From positions 388,800 through 452,799 of IMG/VR virus record IMGVR_UViG_3300032315_001715: a stretch of 64,000 bases of DNA. The stretch is one strand, 5' to 3'. Positions 59,272-64,000 of the stretch are shown here, piece after piece (the first letter of the stretch is position 1; the number at the start of each line of letters is the position of its first letter). Position numbers and translations under genes: made by a program. Under the pieces are notes generated by a model, which saw only the letters and a program-made list of their open reading frames with translations, had not been told where the DNA came from and made no database searches.

Positions 59272-60833
59272 TATTTCTGATCCTGCATGGTCTTGATCTC
59301 GTTTTCAAGGCAGGTAACCTTGGTGTTTAGTTCCTTGACAGCTTCTATCAGCAGTGCCGTGAGCTTTTCATACTGCACCGTGAGATAGTTTTCTCCGCTT
59401 TTGCTCTTGGACGGGTCTTGCAGGTCTCGATCAAACGGCGCCGGTCGAACCGCTTCTGGTAGCACCAGTTCAAGCTCCTGGGCTATGACACCGATGTCAT
59501 GCTGCTGTTCCGGTGAAAAACCAAATTCCTCAGCGGTATCGTTCCAATCAAATGACACGCCCCTAAGCATGATGACCTTTTCCAGTGCATCGGTTATAAC
59601 GGTGACGTTGTCCTTGAGCCGAGCATCAGAGGAGTATGCGGTTATTTCGCCGGGTACTGATAACGCACCGGCATCCGTTAGAGTTAGGATTACCGTGGTG
59701 TTGAGATGGTTTGAGATCTCAAACACTCCGCTCTTAGCCCTGAGATGCTTGGTGGGTGTTGTTGCGCCGTTTCCATAAAGATAGATGGATGCACCCTGCG
59801 CGGTATTTGACTGTGCTGATATCCAAAGTGCCGCTGTTGTATTGCCTGCATCATTTAGATATACCAGCGGGAATGTGCTGCTGGTGCCGTTTACATATAG
59901 CTTGGCCAGGGAAGTTGTTGTGCTACCGATAGCGACGTTGCCTACCGAATCGACGCGCATTTTCTCACTGCTGTTGGTAGAAAATCCCAGCGTGTTTGCA
60001 GCGGGAAGGAACATGCCGTTGCTTGTGGCGGTTGAACTGGATGGTATGAAAGCGCCTGCTGTTAGATATTCGGTGCTGGGATTGAAGGTAAATCCGGTGT
60101 CAACCCTTACCCCGAGATTGCCACTGGTTGCTTCAACGAATGTTGGATAAAACGTAGCATTTGTTGTCGTTGCGGTAATACCAACGTTGCTGGCAGATCC
60201 TGCCGTTATTCCGTTGGTGCTTGCTATAAACGTGCCGTCCGAAAATCGTATGCCGCTTATTGTAGCTGCTGCATTGGTTATTTGTATGTTACCTCGAACC
60301 TCTAGCTGCGATGTTGGGCTTGACGTTCCGATACCAACACTTCCGGTTGAATTGATGCGAATGCGCTCAGATCCCGCCGTGGCAAATCCCAATGTAGACG
60401 TGGTTGGTAACCATAGCCCGTTTGGAGGTATCGACGACCCGGTAACGTTGATGTTTGCTCCGTTGATTCGACCATTGGCATTTAATGCACCGGTTGCCAC
60501 TTGAACGTTGCCATAAACATCCAAGGCAGCCCGGGGAGAAGCTGTTCCAATACCCACGTTAGCACCGCCAAGCGGGATCAGTGAAACATTGCCGCTGGCG
60601 TTGACCGAAACAAACGGTATCCCGGATATGTCGTTGACAGAGAATATGGTACCAGATGTTACGTTGTTGGTGATGCTGAACAGCTGGCCAGAGAAATTCT
60701 CAAAGCTAAGGCTATTGTCATCTGCCACCCTCAGCGTCATGGCAACGTTAGCGTTGCCGGTGAACACTATGTTTGGTTGGTTCAGTGACCCGCGATTGGG
60801 TGTTATGACTATGTTTTTGTTGGTATCAGCCAT
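59271..60833 (-). CDS. Tail fibre protein with S74-like chaperone
   Basis: [26 protein letters not shown]. Confidence 0.85.
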   Translation of the reverse strand: MADTNKNIVITPNRGSLNQPNIVFTGNANVAMTLRVADDNSLSFENFSGQLFSITNNVTSGTIFSVNDISGIPFVSVNASGNVSLIPLGGANVGIGTASPRAALDVYGNVQVATGALNANGRINGANINVTGSSIPPNGLWLPTTSTLGFATAGSERIRINSTGSVGIGTSSPTSQLEVRGNIQITNAAATISGIRFSDGTFIASTNGITAGSASNVGITATTTNATFYPTFVEATSGNLGVRVDTGFTFNPSTEYLTAGAFIPSSSTATSNGMFLPAANTLGFSTNSSEKMRVDSVGNVAIGSTTTSLAKLYVNGTSSTFPLVYLNDAGNTTAALWISAQSNTAQGASIYLYGNGATTPTKHLRAKSGVFEISNHLNTTVILTLTDAGALSVPGEITAYSSDARLKDNVTVITDALEKVIMLRGVSFDWNDTAEEFGFSPEQQHDIGVIAQELELVLPEAVRPAPFDRDLQDPSKSKSGENYLTVQYEKLTALLIEAVKELNTKVTCLENEIKTMQDQK

Positions 60834-60860
60834 TTTGGATGTTTCCTTGCGATGACATAT

Positions 60861-61532
60861 TTATAGACCGTACCTTCCGCGATAGGCGTTGAAGTTTTGT
60901 TGTATCTCTGACCGTGACAATGCTCGGTTATAGACTTGGGCAGAGGAAATCCTGCCATTGAAATATCTACCTCCGCCGATGGGGTCCTCTGCTAATGAAA
61001 GTCCGGGAAAGGTAAACGATGATGCTGCGTGAGAATTGGTAGCAAAATTATTATTTAGGTATAATGTTGCAGATGTCGTTGTTGTGCTAATTGCCACCAT
61101 GCTCCATTGGTTGTTCGGAACTATCAGTCCAGAAATCCAATTGTATGTTGTGAGCGATGACCAATTGTATCCCAATTGATTTGATGTACCGGCAAATCCA
61201 AGTCCAACACCGTATGCTGCGGCACCGCTCCTAGACATGCAGATCCCGTTGACGCCACCGTGAAATACCGCGCTGTATATCCAACAGATCATGGAATACT
61301 GAGAAACGGTAGGAGTAAAGCTGGCTATGCTGGTGGATTGCGTAGAGCCGTTAAAGGTGAAATATCCACCCGTGGTGCTATACGTTGGCGTACCTACCAG
61401 TGTTCCATTGCGGCCATTACCACTCAAATCCGCCCAGGTGGTGCCAGATCCCGGATAGCTACGAGGATTTGCAGCATCCGCCAACATCAACAGGTCGTTG
61501 TTTACAACACTGGCTCCGTGTGCAAGGGTCAT
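60861..61532 (-). CDS. LamG/concanavalin A-like domain protein
   Basis: DAANPRSYPGSGTTWADLSGN..FNGRISSAQVYNRALS. Confidence 0.85.
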   Translation of the reverse strand: MTLAHGASVVNNDLLMLADAANPRSYPGSGTTWADLSGNGRNGTLVGTPTYSTTGGYFTFNGSTQSTSIASFTPTVSQYSMICWIYSAVFHGGVNGICMSRSGAAAYGVGLGFAGTSNQLGYNWSSLTTYNWISGLIVPNNQWSMVAISTTTTSATLYLNNNFATNSHAASSFTFPGLSLAEDPIGGGRYFNGRISSAQVYNRALSRSEIQQNFNAYRGRYGL

Positions 61533-62194
61533 ATTCCATACCTTCCGACATATGCATTGTAGTTCTGTTGTATCTCGGACGGTGACAATCCTCGGTTATA
61601 GATCTGGGCAGCGGAAAATCTACCATCGAAATTAGATAACCACGGTGTATTATATGCCATCGTGACCCCGGCAGTGTTGGTAAACGATGCCACGGATTGC
61701 GATTGGGTTACGGAACTTTGGTTCAAATACAACGTTGCCGAGGTTTCCCCAACGCTAACTGCCACCATGCACCACTGGTTGTTTGGTATTATCAGTCCTG
61801 AGCTCGTGAGACTACCTCCAGGGGTGGTGTATGCCAATTCATTGATAACACTGCCAAATCTGCAACTGATACCATATGGGACTGTTCCCCCACCATTATC
61901 CCACGAACAAATGCCAGCATTAGCTGTCTGGTTTCCATTGCTGTATATCCAGCAGACTATTGAAAACGTAGAAAACGTTCCTCGAAGGTCGCCAAAGTTT
62001 GCGCGCCGATTAAAACCAAACATGAAATATCCAGCCGTGCTATACGACACCGAAAGGAACAGTGATCCATTGCGGTTATTACCGCTTAAATCCGCCCAGG
62101 TGGTGTCAGATCCCGGATAGCTACGAGGATTTGCAGCATCCGCCAACATCAACAAGCCGTTGGTCACCACCGATGCACCGTAGTTAACCGCCAT
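61529..62194 (-). CDS. LamG/concanavalin A-like domain protein (tandem paralogue)
   Basis: Start MAVNYGAS; same motifs as neighbour. Confidence 0.85.
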   Translation of the reverse strand: MAVNYGASVVTNGLLMLADAANPRSYPGSDTTWADLSGNNRNGSLFLSVSYSTAGYFMFGFNRRANFGDLRGTFSTFSIVCWIYSNGNQTANAGICSWDNGGGTVPYGISCRFGSVINELAYTTPGGSLTSSGLIIPNNQWCMVAVSVGETSATLYLNQSSVTQSQSVASFTNTAGVTMAYNTPWLSNFDGRFSAAQIYNRGLSPSEIQQNYNAYVGRYGI

Positions 62195-62196
62195 CG

Positions 62197-64000
62197 TCAG
62201 ACCTCCACCATCAGCCTTGGCACGTCCCTGCGTTCGGCATATACCGTGTAGTAGCAGTTGATCACCGACGTACCAAACCAACCATCAACACCTATGGCGA
62301 TGTGTTCATCGGTTATCTCGCCAACATACAGCTTCTGGTATTGACCAAACGGTGTTAAGGTTACCGTCACGGTGTCCATGTCAACCAACGAGCTCCAGTA
62401 TTCTGGCAGCATGATTTTGCCATGTCCGGCCAGCTTGCCCCGCAGATAAACACCGTTCTCAGGCCCTTCAAGGCTGGCATATTGTAGCTTCTTACCGTCC
62501 TTTGTCGGGTGAGGTATGACGAAGCTCTTGGTTGTAGCAGCTATGCCACCATTGACGCTGAGGATGTATCCAGCGGTGGCAGTTGTTGTACCTATACCAA
62601 CGTTACCGGCAAAGGTCGATATTCCTGCCGCATTGCTCACCGTGAGATTTCCACCAACCGCAACGTTGCCTGTTAGTGGATAGTAGACCAGCTTGGTTGA
62701 GCTGACATTAATATTGCCGGCAGTACCTGAAGTGGCGGACGTAAAGTTGATGTACCTTGCCGCAGCCGTTGTTGTATCATCGACAATTGTCACGTTAGAA
62801 CCGGACGACGCAGTTGTTTGGAAGGTACCGTCAGGGAAGCGTATGCCGCCGATGAATGCTGCGTTGTTGCTGACCCAGATGTTGCCCATGACATGCAGAT
62901 TGCCTAGGGGAGTTGCGGTTCCAATTCCGACGTTTCCGGAATTGCCAATTCGAATGCGTTCAATGTTGGTAGTCGATAATCCCAGGGTGTTTGCCGCGGG
63001 CAGGAACATACCAGTTGTGGGAACCGTGGTCTGGCTTGGTATGAACGCCCCGGCAGACAGTGCGTCTGTGGAAGGATTATAGGTAATACCAGAATCTGTT
63101 CTAATTCCTAGATTACCGGTCGTTGCTTCAACAAATGTCGGATAGAAGGCTGCATTCGTTGATGTTAGGGTTAGATTAACATTGCTCGTTGTTACCGCAG
63201 TTGGATTTGACGGTCCTGTCGCGCCTGTCGCACCTGTCGCACCAGTTAGTCCGGTTGCACCAATATTACCCTGCGAGCCCTGCACACCTGTTGGTCCGGT
63301 AACACCCGTGCTGCCAGTGGTTCCGGCTGCACCTGTTGGACCAGTTGCACCTACATTACCCTGTGATCCTTGGGTACCGGTTGGACCAGTTAGACCAGTT
63401 CCGCCTACCGTACCTGCTGCACCAGTTGCACCAGTTGCACCGGTGCTACCGGATGGTCAAGTTCGGCCAGTCGGGCCAGTAACACCGCTTGCACCAGCTA
63501 AACCAGTTGCTCCTGTTGCACCAGTTGGACCTGTGGTTCCGCTTGCACCAGCTAAACCAGTTGCTCCTGTTGCACCAGTAGTCCCAGTTGGACCCGTGCG
63601 GCCAGTTGGACCGGTTAGACCAGTTCCGCCTGCCGTACCTGCCGCACCGGTTGCACCTGTCGGACCGGTTGCGCCCACTGTACCCTGTGATCCCTGGGTA
63701 CCGGTTGGGCCAGTTAGACCAGTTCCGCCTACCGTACCTGCTGCACCAGTTGCACCAGTTGCACCAGTTGGACCCGCGGTGCCCTGAATACCCTGCGATC
63801 CGGTTGGACCGGTTAAGCCCGTTCCGCCTGCCGTCCCTGCCGCACCAGTTGCACCGGTTGGACCAGTTGCACCGGCATTACCCTGTGATCCCTGGGTACC
63901 CGTTGGACCGGTTAAGCCCGTTCCGCCTGCCGTCCCTGCCGCACCAGTTGCACCGGTTGGACCAGTTGCACCGGCATTACCCTGTGATCCCTGGGTACCC
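62197..64000 (-). CDS. Collagen-like fibre with C-terminal chaperone-like domain; 5' end off window; in-frame TGA at 63457..63459
   Basis: G-X-T frame open from the edge except one TGA at a Gly position; [16 protein letters not shown]. Confidence 0.75.

Overview
Fragment of a large (jumbo-type) dsDNA phage genome with T4-style TATAAATA late promoters and sigma70-like promoters; small secreted proteins hint at an alphaproteobacterial host (inference). Left (1-11 kb, minus): glycosyltransferase, methyltransferase, epimerase, two B12-type radical SAM and 2OG-oxygenase genes mixed with serine tRNAs. Middle (5.2-26.1 kb, almost all minus): an array of about 51 recognisable tRNAs covering all 20 amino acids, about 8 tRNA-like RNAs without a usable anticodon loop, four free-standing endonucleases, Sir2, two CX5R phosphatases and a kinase. 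Then nucleotide-metabolism and replication genes (AAA kinase, DEDDh exonuclease, DnaE-like fragment, GroES, macrodomain, clamp loader) and, from 35.5 kb to the end, giant tail-fibre/virion genes. Two signals stand out. (1) The tRNA array is preceded by promoter, a 25-codon leader ORF (MITMNYRVELFSHWAQKPDTRGSAT; 19 of 20 amino acids, 18 consecutive residues all different), an antiterminator helix and an intrinsic terminator, which reads as a pan-amino-acid ribosome-stalling attenuator. (2) Three tRNAs (Thr-TGT, Asn-GTT, Lys-TTT) carry 43-95 nt structured anticodon-loop inserts ending in CCAAGA(T/A), a candidate family of miniature tRNA introns. Everything was read by hand; no database or folding software was run.
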